Made by a program: the position numbers and the translations under genes. The notes under the pieces were generated by a model. The model was not told where the DNA came from and did not search any database. It saw nothing but the letters and a program-made list of their open reading frames with translations. This document shows positions 19,310-29,035 of a stretch of 42,664 nt of DNA, in pieces (position 1 is the stretch's first letter; each line of letters starts with the position of its first letter). The stretch is from positions 1-42,664 of the IMG/VR virus record IMGVR_UViG_3300048897_000028; one strand, 5' to 3'. The stretch is from a virus (Duplodnaviria > Caudoviricetes).

Positions 19310-20542
19310 TTAGGTGCCGGCAACACGTACCGCAAGGCGCGGATCGATGGTCTTGGTGCCGTAGAGAACGTCCAGACGCCAAGTGCTCTTGTCGTTCGTG
19401 CCGTCGTAGAACGGGATCACACGAACCGAAAGCCCGTTCTTGCTCTGGCGAGAGCAATCGACGGCGCCAGGCGGGCGAACCATCGGAACCGTGCAAAGCG
19501 CAAATGCATTGCGGTTGAAGAACAGGTTGTTGGTGTAGTTCGTATTGCCCGTACCGACAAAAGTCAGCGCGGCATTGTCCGCAGGAGCTGCCGAGCACGT
19601 CTGGAACGCACCGGACGTGATGATCTGCGGGGCGATGGTCAGGGTCAGGTTACCCGAGCCGTCCGAAGAACCATTCGCCTTGACGACGAACTGCTTGAGG
19701 ATCGGCAGGGTTGCCTTGGTGACCGGGTTGACATCGAACACGTTGGCAATCGTGAATACGTCGCCGATGACCACACGGGCAGCAGCCGCGGCCGTCCAGC
19801 CGTCCGTAATGAGCGTCTGGGTATTGGCTCCCGTCAGATCATAGGTCGTGTTCTGAGAGGCGCCATTGATCAGCGGCGTACCGCCAAACGGCCCAGTGGT
19901 GAAGGTCGGTGCGTTCTGCGACATGAACGTATTGATGCCGCCGATCTTGCCGATCTCGCCTTCGCGGTACGACTTGTTGTTGATCGCCTGCGAATACAAT
20001 GCCGTCTGAGAGCCGGCCAGCGCCCAGAAATCGGCAGGAGCCAGAATAGCCGAGCGGCCATCCTGCGGAACCGAGCGCTGATCCATGTTCTGCGCGCCCT
20101 TGGCGAATCCCGCAAAGGACTGAACCAGCGTGCCGGGGGTGCCTACATACTGGGGAATGTCCTTGTACAGCGCCATGGTCTGGACGTCGATCTGGTTGGC
20201 AATCTGGATCATTGCCGGCCGGATGACACGCTCGGAAAGCTCGCCGATGTTCTGGGTGAGCTGCTGCGAGGTAAACGCGAAGTCAACGCCCGCGATCTGG
20301 TTGACCTGGATGGTCAGCTTTGCTTCCGACACATCCTGCGCCGAAGCGGTGATCGTGCTTCGAACGGTAAAGTCGGTCGGCTTGCGGATGGTGATGGTAT
20401 CGCCGACTTCGTAGCCGTTGATTTTCTTGTCGAACTCGCCCTCGTATCCGCGGTAGACGGCATTTGCCATCACCAGTTCGTTTTCGAGGATTGCCAGCGA
20501 AGCTTTCGCAACGATGGACGCCGTAAGGGTCGTATTGGACAT
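19310..20542 (-). CDS. Major capsid protein (P22 coat family)
   Basis: GDTITIRKP, IGDVFTIANVFDVNPVTK...LKQFVV, RLDVLYG motifs. Confidence 0.92.
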   Translation of the reverse strand: MSNTTLTASIVAKASLAILENELVMANAVYRGYEGEFDKKINGYEVGDTITIRKPTDFTVRSTITASAQDVSEAKLTIQVNQIAGVDFAFTSQQLTQNIGELSERVIRPAMIQIANQIDVQTMALYKDIPQYVGTPGTLVQSFAGFAKGAQNMDQRSVPQDGRSAILAPADFWALAGSQTALYSQAINNKSYREGEIGKIGGINTFMSQNAPTFTTGPFGGTPLINGASQNTTYDLTGANTQTLITDGWTAAAAARVVIGDVFTIANVFDVNPVTKATLPILKQFVVKANGSSDGSGNLTLTIAPQIITSGAFQTCSAAPADNAALTFVGTGNTNYTNNLFFNRNAFALCTVPMVRPPGAVDCSRQSKNGLSVRVIPFYDGTNDKSTWRLDVLYGTKTIDPRLAVRVAGT

Positions 20543-20574
20543 TGAAGCCTATTCCTTCTAGGAATGGCTCCCGC

Positions 20575-21411
20575 TTATTTTCCGTAGGTTTTCTTGAGCC
20601 AATTATTCAAGTCGCTTTCGGCGCTTGACGGGCTGGCACCGCCTTTCGAGCGGGATAACGGAGCGGGAGCGTCTGTTGCTTTTTTCGCTTCCGGCAATTT
20701 CACAGTGGCTTCCAGCCGTCCCATTTCTCGGGCCAGCTCGCGTGAGCTCATGCTGTTCATTGCGTTGAGCTTGTCGGGATTCTTTGCGAGGTGGTAAGAG
20801 ATGGCCGCGCTGTTATCCGAGGACATGATCTCTTCGATCACATCGTTTCGGACTTGAACGCCGTCCATTCCTTTCATGACCTGATCGAAATCCGCGATAA
20901 CCTCGCGCGCGTCTTCGACTCGCTCCAGGTGCGCCAACTTGCGCTCTGTTGCGATCTTGGCCTGTCTCTCGTTGCGTTCGGACTCTTCACGGACGCCGAG
21001 GCGCTTATCGACTGCCGCAGCCGCCGCTTTGCCAGCCTCGTAGGCCGTCTTTGCGGACTGGAATGCGAAATAGTCGCCGTTGAAATCTTCCTCACGCGGC
21101 GGCTTGTCTTCATCGCCAGCCGTTGTAGCCGGCGCTTTGGTGCGCAATGCTTCAAGTTCGCGGTCGCGCGCCGCGATTTCGTTCAGCAGACGGGCTTCGC
21201 GAACCTTGGCCCGCTGTGCGCCACTGAGCTTCTTTTTGGCCTCTTCGCCAGCGTCTTTGTCGCCGGTATTTTCAGGCCCAACCTTTGGCTCGCCGTCTTC
21301 GTCGGTTTTGACCTCGACCGCTTCCTGAGCATCAAGATCTATGATGCCGTCGCTAACCGGTTGGGTATCGTTTACGACCGGCGCTTCCGCCAGCGTGTCA
21401 GTATCGCTCAT
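20575..21411 (-). CDS. Scaffolding protein
   Basis: Acidic N-terminus, coiled coil, YHLAKNP...EMGRLEA; directly upstream of coat. Confidence 0.85.
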   Translation of the reverse strand: MSDTDTLAEAPVVNDTQPVSDGIIDLDAQEAVEVKTDEDGEPKVGPENTGDKDAGEEAKKKLSGAQRAKVREARLLNEIAARDRELEALRTKAPATTAGDEDKPPREEDFNGDYFAFQSAKTAYEAGKAAAAAVDKRLGVREESERNERQAKIATERKLAHLERVEDAREVIADFDQVMKGMDGVQVRNDVIEEIMSSDNSAAISYHLAKNPDKLNAMNSMSSRELAREMGRLEATVKLPEAKKATDAPAPLSRSKGGASPSSAESDLNNWLKKTYGK

Positions 21412-21425
21412 ATGTTATGCTCATG

Positions 21426-21446
21426 AAAAAACCGCCCGAAGGCGGT
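21426..21446 (-). terminator. Rho-independent terminator
   Basis: ACCGCC-TTCG-GGCGGT followed by a U-tract. Confidence 0.8.
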
Positions 21447-21472
21447 GGGTAACCAGCGTCAGTGCGCCGGAA

Positions 21473-21769
21473 TCAGGTGGTGGAGATGAACGACAGATAG
21501 TCGCCCGCCTGCTCTCCAAAGTACTCTGTGCCAACATCCATTCGCTCATCGCTCGTCGTTGCGGTCACCGTGCTATCCCCGGTCTTCTTGCAACAGATGG
21601 CATCCACATTAACGCGAACGATTGTCGTGTTTGCGGAGAACGGAAGCGCTGTCCTGGCCGCACCTCCGGAGAAATCAACGACCTGGGTCCGGATAGAACG
21701 GCTCCCGACAACCTGAGAGCTCCCGCCCCCGAGAGGTCCGCTGTATTCGGTCACATAGGCTTTTGCCAT
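21473..21769 (-). CDS. Small beta-rich head-associated protein (98 aa, MAKAYVTEY...)
   Basis: RBS AAGGGG before ATG 21769; between portal and scaffold. Confidence 0.7.
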   Translation of the reverse strand: MAKAYVTEYSGPLGGGSSQVVGSRSIRTQVVDFSGGAARTALPFSANTTIVRVNVDAICCKKTGDSTVTATTSDERMDVGTEYFGEQAGDYLSFISTT

Positions 21770-21779
21770 ATCAGTCCCC

Positions 21780-24005
21780 TTATTGAACCGGCTGCTTCGG
21801 CTCTGACATCTGCTCAAGCGTCATGTCGTGCTTTTCGCCAGCCCGGTATAGATTGATCCCGCGTTCAGCCATGTCTGCCGAATGACGGTCCATCTCGTGA
21901 GCATGTGAACGCCCATGCTCTACATGTCCGCGCGCCATGCCGTGGTCATGGGATTCGATATTACGAAGGTTTGCCATGTGGGTTTCAGCCCAATTGGCCT
22001 TTGCGGTCTGCGCTTCGCTCTCGGCCTTGTCCGCATCAGCCTTCGCTTTGCGCGCATCCTGCTTGGCCTTCTCAGCCCTGGCCAGTGCCTCCTCAACCTT
22101 GGCCTGCGCCTCGGTAAACTGGAGCTTTTCAGCCGCCTGTGCCTTCTGCTGCTGCTCCTGTTCGGCGGCCTGTTGCTGCTGCATTTCAGGCGATGGCGGC
22201 TGCCCTGCGGCCTGCTCTCGCTTCATCTTGTCGGCCTGCAGCTTGGCCTTGATCTGAGGAGGCAACAGTTCCTCCAACCGTTCCCCGATCTGCTCGGCCT
22301 GCGGCCAATCCATGTTCTTGGCGTAGATATCCCCCATGACGGGGGCTGCAGGCGGAAACGCCTGAATGAACGCCGTCATGCCATCCTGGGCCTGCTCGCG
22401 CTTGGTGGCGTAATTCGGTCCTTGCTCCATCACCACATCGTAGGAACCCGATGTCATATCGTGCAAAACCTTGTTCACGCCGTCGAGAACCTGAGGTTTA
22501 TTGATCTCAACCATATCCGGCTTGCCGTCGTCGCCAAGGATTTGAACCGTGCGCTGGGTGTCGTATATTTTCGGGAACAGTTCGTTTATGATCTCTGCCG
22601 TGCGCTCGATCGCCAGCGCGAAATTGTCATGATAAACGAACGTTCCGGTATCGCCTTGCGCATCCCTCCGTGCAATTGCAATGCCGGAGGTCTCATTCGA
22701 CTTGGCCCCGAGCGAAGCGTCATAGATGCCGATAACGGCTTTCATGTCTTCTGAATTGCGGGTTTTCGCCTCGGAGATGGCATTCGATGCTACCGGCGGC
22801 TGAATGCGCTCAGGTTTTCCGCCCTGCCCACTAGCGTTAGGGTCCGGCGTATACTCCAGAAACGGATGTGCCTCGGTATTGGCGGTTTCCCAAAGATCAT
22901 AGTTGTTGTCGAACATCTTCTTGGTGCCAAGCCAAGGCGCCTTCGGCTGCAGTGCGATCACCTCCGTTTCGGCCGAGGCGTAGTAATTCTCCATCCGCTG
23001 CGGGTCGCGCGCATAGCGAACGATGCCATGGCGGTATACTTCGCGCCCGATCCGGACCTCTTCACCAATAACGGGGATCACGGGAATATGCATCCCGGGC
23101 CAATCGGACTCCTCCAGCACCTCAGCCATGGTCAGCAGATATCGGCAAATCTTGTAGCTATCGCGGTATTCTACGCGGGCTCCCTTGTTGGCTTGGAGCC
23201 AGTCCATCGCCGCCTTCACCTCGGCCGGAGGTGCATCTTTCACCGTTTCCGTGAGATCGTCGATCCGACCATCAGGCATCATTGCCAGCAGGCGCTTGAT
23301 CTTCTTCTTTTTCCAATATTTCTGAACACGGATATAATCATCCGAAGCCCAGCTTGAAAACCAACTGGTACCGCCCAATCCATAAAGCGAGGTATCGAAC
23401 CCTTCAGCTTTGGCTTCCGGCCAGTCCTTCTTGAACTTCGCCGTCGTTTGGTCGCTTGGAACAAAGCAATGATCGGCGTCCGACTTATTGGGAAGTATCG
23501 CATCCGCGTCCCATAGAACGGACACGCCATCCTCGATACCGACAACGCGAATTTCCTGGTTGAATGTACCAGCGTGGCAATATTCGGTATCTACACCCCA
23601 GTGTCCAATTCCACAGGTGACCTGGCTGTCCGCTCCCGTCGTATAAACGTGCTTCGCTTTGCTGCGGTTCTCGACATAGCGGATCATACCCGCGCGGACT
23701 TCCGCGGTCTTAACATCAGCCCCGCTATCGACCGGAACAACCTTGATCCCCGGGCGGGATTGGCGCATGTCGCCGGTCACCTGACGAATAAACTGGGGAA
23801 GCTTGTTAATGACGAGACAGGGCCGACCCTTGCGGGCTTCCAACGCCATCGCATCCCATTGATCTTCCCGCCGGCCGCGGCGGAATCTCAGATCCTCGTA
23901 AGCCTCTTCGATATTGCCGCGCTCGCGGTTATAATCCCGGTCGTACTCGAGCAGGGCCTCCTCGTGAACTGCAGCCCAGTCGGATTTGTTGTCGGCTTCA
24001 GCCAT
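21780..24005 (-). CDS. Portal protein (P22-like) with long C-terminal coiled coil
   Basis: RPCLVINKL, IPVIPVIGE, GIVRYARDPQR..NY, SNETSG.AI..R, GSYDVV motifs. Confidence 0.93.
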   Translation of the reverse strand: MAEADNKSDWAAVHEEALLEYDRDYNRERGNIEEAYEDLRFRRGRREDQWDAMALEARKGRPCLVINKLPQFIRQVTGDMRQSRPGIKVVPVDSGADVKTAEVRAGMIRYVENRSKAKHVYTTGADSQVTCGIGHWGVDTEYCHAGTFNQEIRVVGIEDGVSVLWDADAILPNKSDADHCFVPSDQTTAKFKKDWPEAKAEGFDTSLYGLGGTSWFSSWASDDYIRVQKYWKKKKIKRLLAMMPDGRIDDLTETVKDAPPAEVKAAMDWLQANKGARVEYRDSYKICRYLLTMAEVLEESDWPGMHIPVIPVIGEEVRIGREVYRHGIVRYARDPQRMENYYASAETEVIALQPKAPWLGTKKMFDNNYDLWETANTEAHPFLEYTPDPNASGQGGKPERIQPPVASNAISEAKTRNSEDMKAVIGIYDASLGAKSNETSGIAIARRDAQGDTGTFVYHDNFALAIERTAEIINELFPKIYDTQRTVQILGDDGKPDMVEINKPQVLDGVNKVLHDMTSGSYDVVMEQGPNYATKREQAQDGMTAFIQAFPPAAPVMGDIYAKNMDWPQAEQIGERLEELLPPQIKAKLQADKMKREQAAGQPPSPEMQQQQAAEQEQQQKAQAAEKLQFTEAQAKVEEALARAEKAKQDARKAKADADKAESEAQTAKANWAETHMANLRNIESHDHGMARGHVEHGRSHAHEMDRHSADMAERGINLYRAGEKHDMTLEQMSEPKQPVQ

Positions 24006-25294
24006 CAGGCGCCCATCCAGCCGCCGGAACGGCGAGGTCTACGCTCGACCGGTTCAGTTGGCGCCTCATAAGCAACGCACATCAGGCCGAACGCATCCGC
24101 GCCGTGGCTCGACCAATCATGGTCGGGGCCAAGCCCGATATTCCGGGTTTCGTCCTTGCGTTCATGATACCATCCCAATGCGTCAATCCCGCCAGCCGTC
24201 GTGTCTTTGTTGAACCAAATGAACGGGAATAGCCGCCGTGCGCATTCGATGCGCATCGCAGCCGCTCCCTTACCCTGGTTCGGAATAACAACCACCTCGA
24301 ACCCGGCGGCACGTAATGCGCTTTCGTAGGAAACGTCGTAAACCTTGTCGTTGGTTGAGCCGTCGTGAGGCAGGACAACCAGAGCCTTGCCGTATCCGTT
24401 ATCTCTCAGCCAGTTGACGTGTGTAGCGAGCGGCTGGCCTACAGCCTCGTAATAATTCAGGACCCTGATTTCACGTCCCACGAACTGGCAAATCCAGATT
24501 GCGACCGCATCAGCTCTTGCGCCGGTGCCGCCGATATCGAATACCGCTCGATACGTCATCAGCGGATCAGCAGCGACGTTGCCAATCCTACCCTTGGCTT
24601 CCGCCAGGCACTTGGCATAATATGCGCCATCAATTACGCCGGCATAACCGCCCTGCCAGATATGCTCATATTGATCCGGCGTGTCCCTCAGACAGTCCTT
24701 GCGTTCTTGATCCAGGACATCGGGAAACCACGGATTATCCGACCAGTTCGCCTGAATTACCGTAGCCCCAGTCGGCAAATGATTACCTCTCAGCATCGCA
24801 TCAACCGGGTCATTCTTTCGCCGTGGGTTCCATGAGAACCAAATCTGAGAACCATCGGCTCGTATTGTGGGCCTCAGAAGCGATAGGGAGCGCGCTGATA
24901 GCGTCTGCGCTTCCTCTCCCCAAGCTCGCTTGAATCCTTCCAGCGACTTGATCGACTCCGCTGTGTGATCCTGCATGCCTTGGAATGTGATCACGCCGTC
25001 ACCTGGCGTTTCGATCACCTCTCGGAATACCTTGAAGCCGTCCGCTTCGCCTAACCGATGCTCCCCAAGCTTGTCCTCGATCAGTCGCTTGGCGGAATCC
25101 TTCAGACTCTTTTGAACTTCGCGGATGCAAACCGATCGCAGGCCCTTTTCATAAAGGCTATCCTCGATCAAAAGGTCTGCGAAGAAATGCGACTTACCAG
25201 AGCCGCGGCCGCCATGTGCCCCCTTGTAACGAGCCGGCTCAAGAAGAGGACGGAATACCCTCGCTGTCGGGAGTTGGAGCTTTAGGGTCAACAA
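24005..25294 (-). CDS. terL: Terminase large subunit
   Basis: Walker A GGRGSGKS, IKSLEG...WGEEAQ Walker B, FDIG and HDWSSHGADAF nuclease motifs; TTG start uncertain. Confidence 0.95.
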   Translation of the reverse strand: MLTLKLQLPTARVFRPLLEPARYKGAHGGRGSGKSHFFADLLIEDSLYEKGLRSVCIREVQKSLKDSAKRLIEDKLGEHRLGEADGFKVFREVIETPGDGVITFQGMQDHTAESIKSLEGFKRAWGEEAQTLSARSLSLLRPTIRADGSQIWFSWNPRRKNDPVDAMLRGNHLPTGATVIQANWSDNPWFPDVLDQERKDCLRDTPDQYEHIWQGGYAGVIDGAYYAKCLAEAKGRIGNVAADPLMTYRAVFDIGGTGARADAVAIWICQFVGREIRVLNYYEAVGQPLATHVNWLRDNGYGKALVVLPHDGSTNDKVYDVSYESALRAAGFEVVVIPNQGKGAAAMRIECARRLFPFIWFNKDTTAGGIDALGWYHERKDETRNIGLGPDHDWSSHGADAFGLMCVAYEAPTEPVERRPRRSGGWMGA

Positions 25295-25730
25295 TCACCC
25301 GTTCAATGCGCTGGACCTGAACCGGCCCACCCCCAGGCCCAGTGTGTTCCTGAACAACTTTGTCGCCGTATTTCTTCGGCGCCATACGAGCCATAAGCCA
25401 CTTGCGAGTATCAACGCGAAGGCGAGATCGGGCCAAAACCTCTTTGTTCTCGACCTCTTCAGTTTCGCCTTCGCCGCGGTTCCGCAGCATCCAATCGTTT
25501 GAGGCGTCATCGCTGATTTCTATAATCTCTTCAGCGTAGTAGTCGGCTTGCGCCTCACGCGCGCTCGCGTATTGGTCCCGGAATTCTGAATGAGCAGCCA
25601 ACCATCGCATTACCGTTGACTTGGACGGCATGTCCTCATCCCGGCAAATCTCTCTAAGGCTTTCACCTAAACCAAGCCGGATGCAGATGGCAGTCGTGAT
25701 CTCGGCGCTGTAATCTGACGGCCGCGCCAT
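25239..25730 (-). CDS. terS: Terminase small subunit
   Basis: MARPSDY...GESLREIC..MPS.STV..WL; RLRVDTRKWLMARMAPKKYGDK. Confidence 0.92.
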   Translation of the reverse strand: MARPSDYSAEITTAICIRLGLGESLREICRDEDMPSKSTVMRWLAAHSEFRDQYASAREAQADYYAEEIIEISDDASNDWMLRNRGEGETEEVENKEVLARSRLRVDTRKWLMARMAPKKYGDKVVQEHTGPGGGPVQVQRIERVIVDPKAPTPDSEGIPSSS

Positions 25731-25991
25731 TCACTTCATCCTCAGCATTCGACCCATGCTATTCGGAACCCCGCGGCGAATTGGCTTGGCATCCCATTTG
25801 GCTCTTCGCCCGAGCGTGTAGCTTTTCGTCACCAGAACGTCGGAGTTATCAAAGGACCAGATTTCCCCAGTCTCGTTGATGATACAAACCCACTCGTTAT
25901 CGCTATCAATGCCGCGGTCTACCAGGAACTTGGCGAGGGCTAATCCCTTTGGTGTATCGAGCCAAAGAACAGCCCTGAGCTCATGGATCAC
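25731..25991 (-). CDS. Hypothetical protein
   Basis: Abuts terS; TPKG.A...DRG.DSD.EW pattern. Confidence 0.65.
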   Translation of the reverse strand: MIHELRAVLWLDTPKGLALAKFLVDRGIDSDNEWVCIINETGEIWSFDNSDVLVTKSYTLGRRAKWDAKPIRRGVPNSMGRMLRMK

Positions 25992-26185
25992 GCCTTGTCT
26001 TCCGTCCAGGGCCAGCCGAGGTCGCCGCAGTCGGTCGATCTTTCTTTCAGAACAGGATTGCCATTCTGAATGCCTACAAGCTCATAATTCGGGTCGTTTC
26101 GGTAAATCGCCGAATATGTCATGCGGATTTCTTCTTCCCGCTTTGGATTCGGCCGCGGGATGAACTGGACGATCTCAGCGGTCAT
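25988..26185 (-). CDS. Hypothetical protein
   Basis: RBS GAGG; MTAEIVQF.PRP start; first gene after late terminator. Confidence 0.65.
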   Translation of the reverse strand: MTAEIVQFIPRPNPKREEEIRMTYSAIYRNDPNYELVGIQNGNPVLKERSTDCGDLGWPWTEDKA

Positions 26186-26283
26186 TCGGACCTCATTAGC
26201 TCGGATAGCCTATCCATTGTACGCAGGCGCCAGATGGGCTCGGGGGTTTGCGTGGCCGCGACGATGGAAGGGCTGTCCGAATC

Positions 26284-26313
26284 AAAAACCCGCCGCGGAT
26301 TTCTCCCGGCGGG
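26284..26313 (-). terminator. Late-leader terminator (tR'-like)
   Basis: CCCGCCG-loop-CGGCGGG-TTTTT shortly downstream of a TTGACA promoter. Confidence 0.7.
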
Positions 26314-26344
26314 CGCTTTTAGTGACAAATCACGAACCTGCCTG

Positions 26345-26374
26345 ATTTGGGGGTATTCTTGACGGGATGTCAAG
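26345..26374 (-). promoter_or_regulatory. Putative late promoter (pR'-like)
   Basis: TTGACA at 26373-26368, inside inverted repeat CTTGAC-N5-GTCAAG (26358-26374). Confidence 0.55.
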
Positions 26375-26390
26375 GGGAGCTGTGGACTGT

Positions 26391-26666
26391 TTAGGATTTA
26401 GGTGGCGCGGTTGGAAGTGGCATCCAATGTGACGGATTCAAATCAAGACTGCACCAATCTGACATCCAGCCAGTCATTTCGCCGCCCATTGAGCCAGCGT
26501 CCTCGACCTCGATGGACTGCCAACGGTCGTATTGCCAAAAGCCGATGGCGTGGTTATCGCAAATTCCCATGACTATATAGTTTCGATCTGGCGCTGATTT
26601 AAGCCAGAGCAATATCGCGCTGCCATCCCTCGGCGCAGTTTCGATCGGTTGCCATTTCATATCCAA
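26391..26666 (-). CDS. DUF551-like protein
   Basis: WQPIETAPRDG...PSHWMPLP. Confidence 0.75.
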   Translation of the reverse strand: MDMKWQPIETAPRDGSAILLWLKSAPDRNYIVMGICDNHAIGFWQYDRWQSIEVEDAGSMGGEMTGWMSDWCSLDLNPSHWMPLPTAPPKS

Positions 26667-27305
26667 CTACCCAATTCCCCATATCTTCGCTAACTTTCGC
26701 GCGCACTCTCGCAATATCTTCTCAGCCCCATCCCTTGCCGATGTCCTCGATGTAAACACCCCGATCGACCAGCCCGCAACCTCCAACGAAGTCTCCGCGC
26801 AGATCACGTTCTCCACCACGATATGCGGTTTCCAACCAAGATGCTCCCGGGCCGAGCGCCATTGCGCGTTGTGATGAGCCTGGCTTTCGGCCATCGGCAT
26901 GCCCTGCCGGCGCGATGGTTCAGACGCAAACACGCTGTTCAGGTCGATGCTCGAAATAGTCGTTTCCTGCCCCGCACGATGCCAGTGATAGCGATACCTC
27001 TGTAGGGCACGGTATTCCCGCTGAAGTAAATCCAGCTCACTATCGCCCTTCCCTGCCTTTGTGAGACGGGCGTAAAGACGATCCAATGGGGTATCATGGA
27101 ATTGATATACCCGGGTGCCCTGCTTGTCGTCGCCGACATGAAAATGATTGTCGGATTTGGAAATCCGCTCACGCGTAGGCGCTCCCCAGTATTCAGGCTT
27201 CACAGTCTTTCGGATGTTGCGTTTGGTCACTACTGCCCCGTGCATTTTCATTGCCCCCTTTGCGTGGTAGTCTTTGAGACATTGTGTAGATTTATTCCTT
27301 GCCAC
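26667..27305 (-). CDS. Putative late transcription regulator/antiterminator (Q position)
   Basis: Position just before late promoter-terminator; helical C-terminus; function inferred from position. Confidence 0.45.
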   Translation of the reverse strand: MARNKSTQCLKDYHAKGAMKMHGAVVTKRNIRKTVKPEYWGAPTRERISKSDNHFHVGDDKQGTRVYQFHDTPLDRLYARLTKAGKGDSELDLLQREYRALQRYRYHWHRAGQETTISSIDLNSVFASEPSRRQGMPMAESQAHHNAQWRSAREHLGWKPHIVVENVICAETSLEVAGWSIGVFTSRTSARDGAEKILRECARKLAKIWGIG

Positions 27306-27489
27306 CCTTAATCAAAATCAAGTTCGGTCGAGATGGCGGCTTAGGGAGATCCGCGCCAATACTGATCACCCCGAAATAGTCGGCCATGTAGGCCAGCGCG
27401 TCGAAATAACCCTCCTGGTAATCGCTATCGGGTGGATCAAGGTGAAATAGCGATAAACTGTCGATCAAATAATCATTGGGCGTCTTCAT
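27292..27489 (-). CDS. Hypothetical protein
   Basis: RBS GAGGA; DPPDSDYQEGY..AL motif. Confidence 0.7.
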   Translation of the reverse strand: MKTPNDYLIDSLSLFHLDPPDSDYQEGYFDALAYMADYFGVISIGADLPKPPSRPNLILIKGGKE

Positions 27490-27520
27490 CCTCGCCTCCC
27501 TATCGCCAAAGCCTCAGGGC

Positions 27521-27910
27521 TCAATCCGCCTGCGTTGAAGGACCAATCCCGCGCTCAAGCTGGAGCTTCAATTTGGCAAAACCTTCCTTGATGCGATGCT
27601 CGGCCTGGGGATCGCGCGGCGGCTCCGGAAGTTGTTTTCGGCTTGCACGCGCAATGCGATCCTGTTCCGTGTAATGCTCTTCGGCCCACTCATCCAACAG
27701 CTTTTTGAACTTCGCCAGATTCGGGTATGTCACGAGCGCGGCCAACCCGCGAGACGGGCTACTCGCGCGATCGAGAACCTGTTGCGGATAGTTCGATAAG
27801 ATTTCGACCAGCCCGGCCGCGAAGGCTTTCGGGTCCATCGCCGGGATCGTATCGTAAAATCCCAGTATCTGCTTCGCTGCCGCTGCCGCTGATAAATTCA
27901 CCGATGCCAT
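27521..27910 (-). CDS. Replication-associated protein (lambda P position)
   Basis: Overlaps 3' end of initiator gene; helical. Confidence 0.55.
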   Translation of the reverse strand: MASVNLSAAAAAKQILGFYDTIPAMDPKAFAAGLVEILSNYPQQVLDRASSPSRGLAALVTYPNLAKFKKLLDEWAEEHYTEQDRIARASRKQLPEPPRDPQAEHRIKEGFAKLKLQLERGIGPSTQAD

Positions 27911-28796
27911 CTAAAATCTCCCTTCCCGTCTGCCGTTCCTGCTGGTGTGCCGTGTTCGGTTTGATTGCCGGCGGACCGCGGCAGATCGCGGCTATGTATT
28001 CTGTTGGATTTTGCTTCTGGGAGGCCTGCTCAATGGCCGATCGAGCCAAGGCGACATTCCCGCCTTTCGCTTTCAAAAGCTTGCCAATGAGTCCCCCAGC
28101 CCCCTTGCCGAGCACTTCCCTACCTCGCAGAAAATAATCGCGTTCTGGAATCGAGGGATCAGGGGGCGCGACAGCGCCATTCTTTTCTGTCTCCCTCTCT
28201 CTCTTGTCTATATTCTCTTTCTCTAGGCTACGACTGTCGTCACTTGGCTGCTGAGCACGCGTAGCAATACTGACGCGCTTGCTGCGATTGCACGGACGGC
28301 ATAAAAGTTGAATATTATCAAGCTCTGAATTGCCGCCCTTGGAAACCGGGTGAACATGATCGTATTCAATGTTTTCGACGGACCCGCACTTTTTGCACTT
28401 GCCCTGATCCCGCTCCCACGCCATTCGCTTTATCGCATCGGGGATATGCCGAGACCCAAATCCATTGTTTGCAGCAATCGTCTGCGCCAGCGTAGCACCT
28501 TGCTCCGCAGGCTCAGATATATTGGTTTCGATTAGAAATCCTCGGCGCGTAAGTTGATCAAGGACATCTGCAGCCTCTGGCGCGCTGATCCGCAATCGGA
28601 ATGCGATCTCATCAGCATCAGGCAATATCCCGTCCTTTTCCGAAGCGATCAACCAAATCAGAGGCAGGGACTTGCCGGCCAATGGCGTGAGCAAATGATA
28701 GTCGATATTGTCCAGCAAACCACGATGGAGCTTAATCCAAAGCGGAGCCCTGTCCTTGTAGTGCTGGAACGATTTCCAGTTTTTTGGCGTCAACAT
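27759..28796 (-). CDS. Replication initiator-like protein with internal HNH domain
   Basis: N-terminal KNWKSFQHYKDR..WIKLHR; central RDQGKCKKCG...EYDHVHPVSKGG...NIQLLCRPCNRSK; C-terminal KQNPTEYIAA. Confidence 0.7.
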   Translation of the reverse strand: MLTPKNWKSFQHYKDRAPLWIKLHRGLLDNIDYHLLTPLAGKSLPLIWLIASEKDGILPDADEIAFRLRISAPEAADVLDQLTRRGFLIETNISEPAEQGATLAQTIAANNGFGSRHIPDAIKRMAWERDQGKCKKCGSVENIEYDHVHPVSKGGNSELDNIQLLCRPCNRSKRVSIATRAQQPSDDSRSLEKENIDKRERETEKNGAVAPPDPSIPERDYFLRGREVLGKGAGGLIGKLLKAKGGNVALARSAIEQASQKQNPTEYIAAICRGPPAIKPNTAHQQERQTGREILDGIGEFISGSGSEADTGILRYDPGDGPESLRGRAGRNLIELSATGSRSRE

Positions 28797-29035
28797 CAGG
28801 CCATCCCGAGCGCGACCACATAGGCGTCAACGTCCGCCTGCAGCTCCGCGGCCTTCTTCGCGTCGGCGCGCTGCTTACGCACGATGACGCGGATCGCCTT
28901 CGGATTGAATCCGTTGCCTTTCGCCTCCAGGTAGATTTCGGCAATGCAATGCCCGGCCTCTTTCTTCTCATCCTCCAGGCGATTGATCCGCTCGACTATC
29001 GACTGTAGCTGTCCGTTATGTCCCGGCTCGCTCAT
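28796..29035 (-). CDS. gapR: GapR/DUF2312 family nucleoid-associated protein
   Basis: QLQSIVERINRLEDEKK...IY.EAKGNGF.PKAIR.IV...Y..ALGM. Confidence 0.88.
   Translation of the reverse strand: MSEPGHNGQLQSIVERINRLEDEKKEAGHCIAEIYLEAKGNGFNPKAIRVIVRKQRADAKKAAELQADVDAYVVALGMA

Noticed and set aside
19289-20545. 418-aa plus-strand ORF (also 14365-15828, 21915-22754, 13234-13890)
   Set aside because: Antisense shadows of well-supported GC-rich structural genes; no motifs
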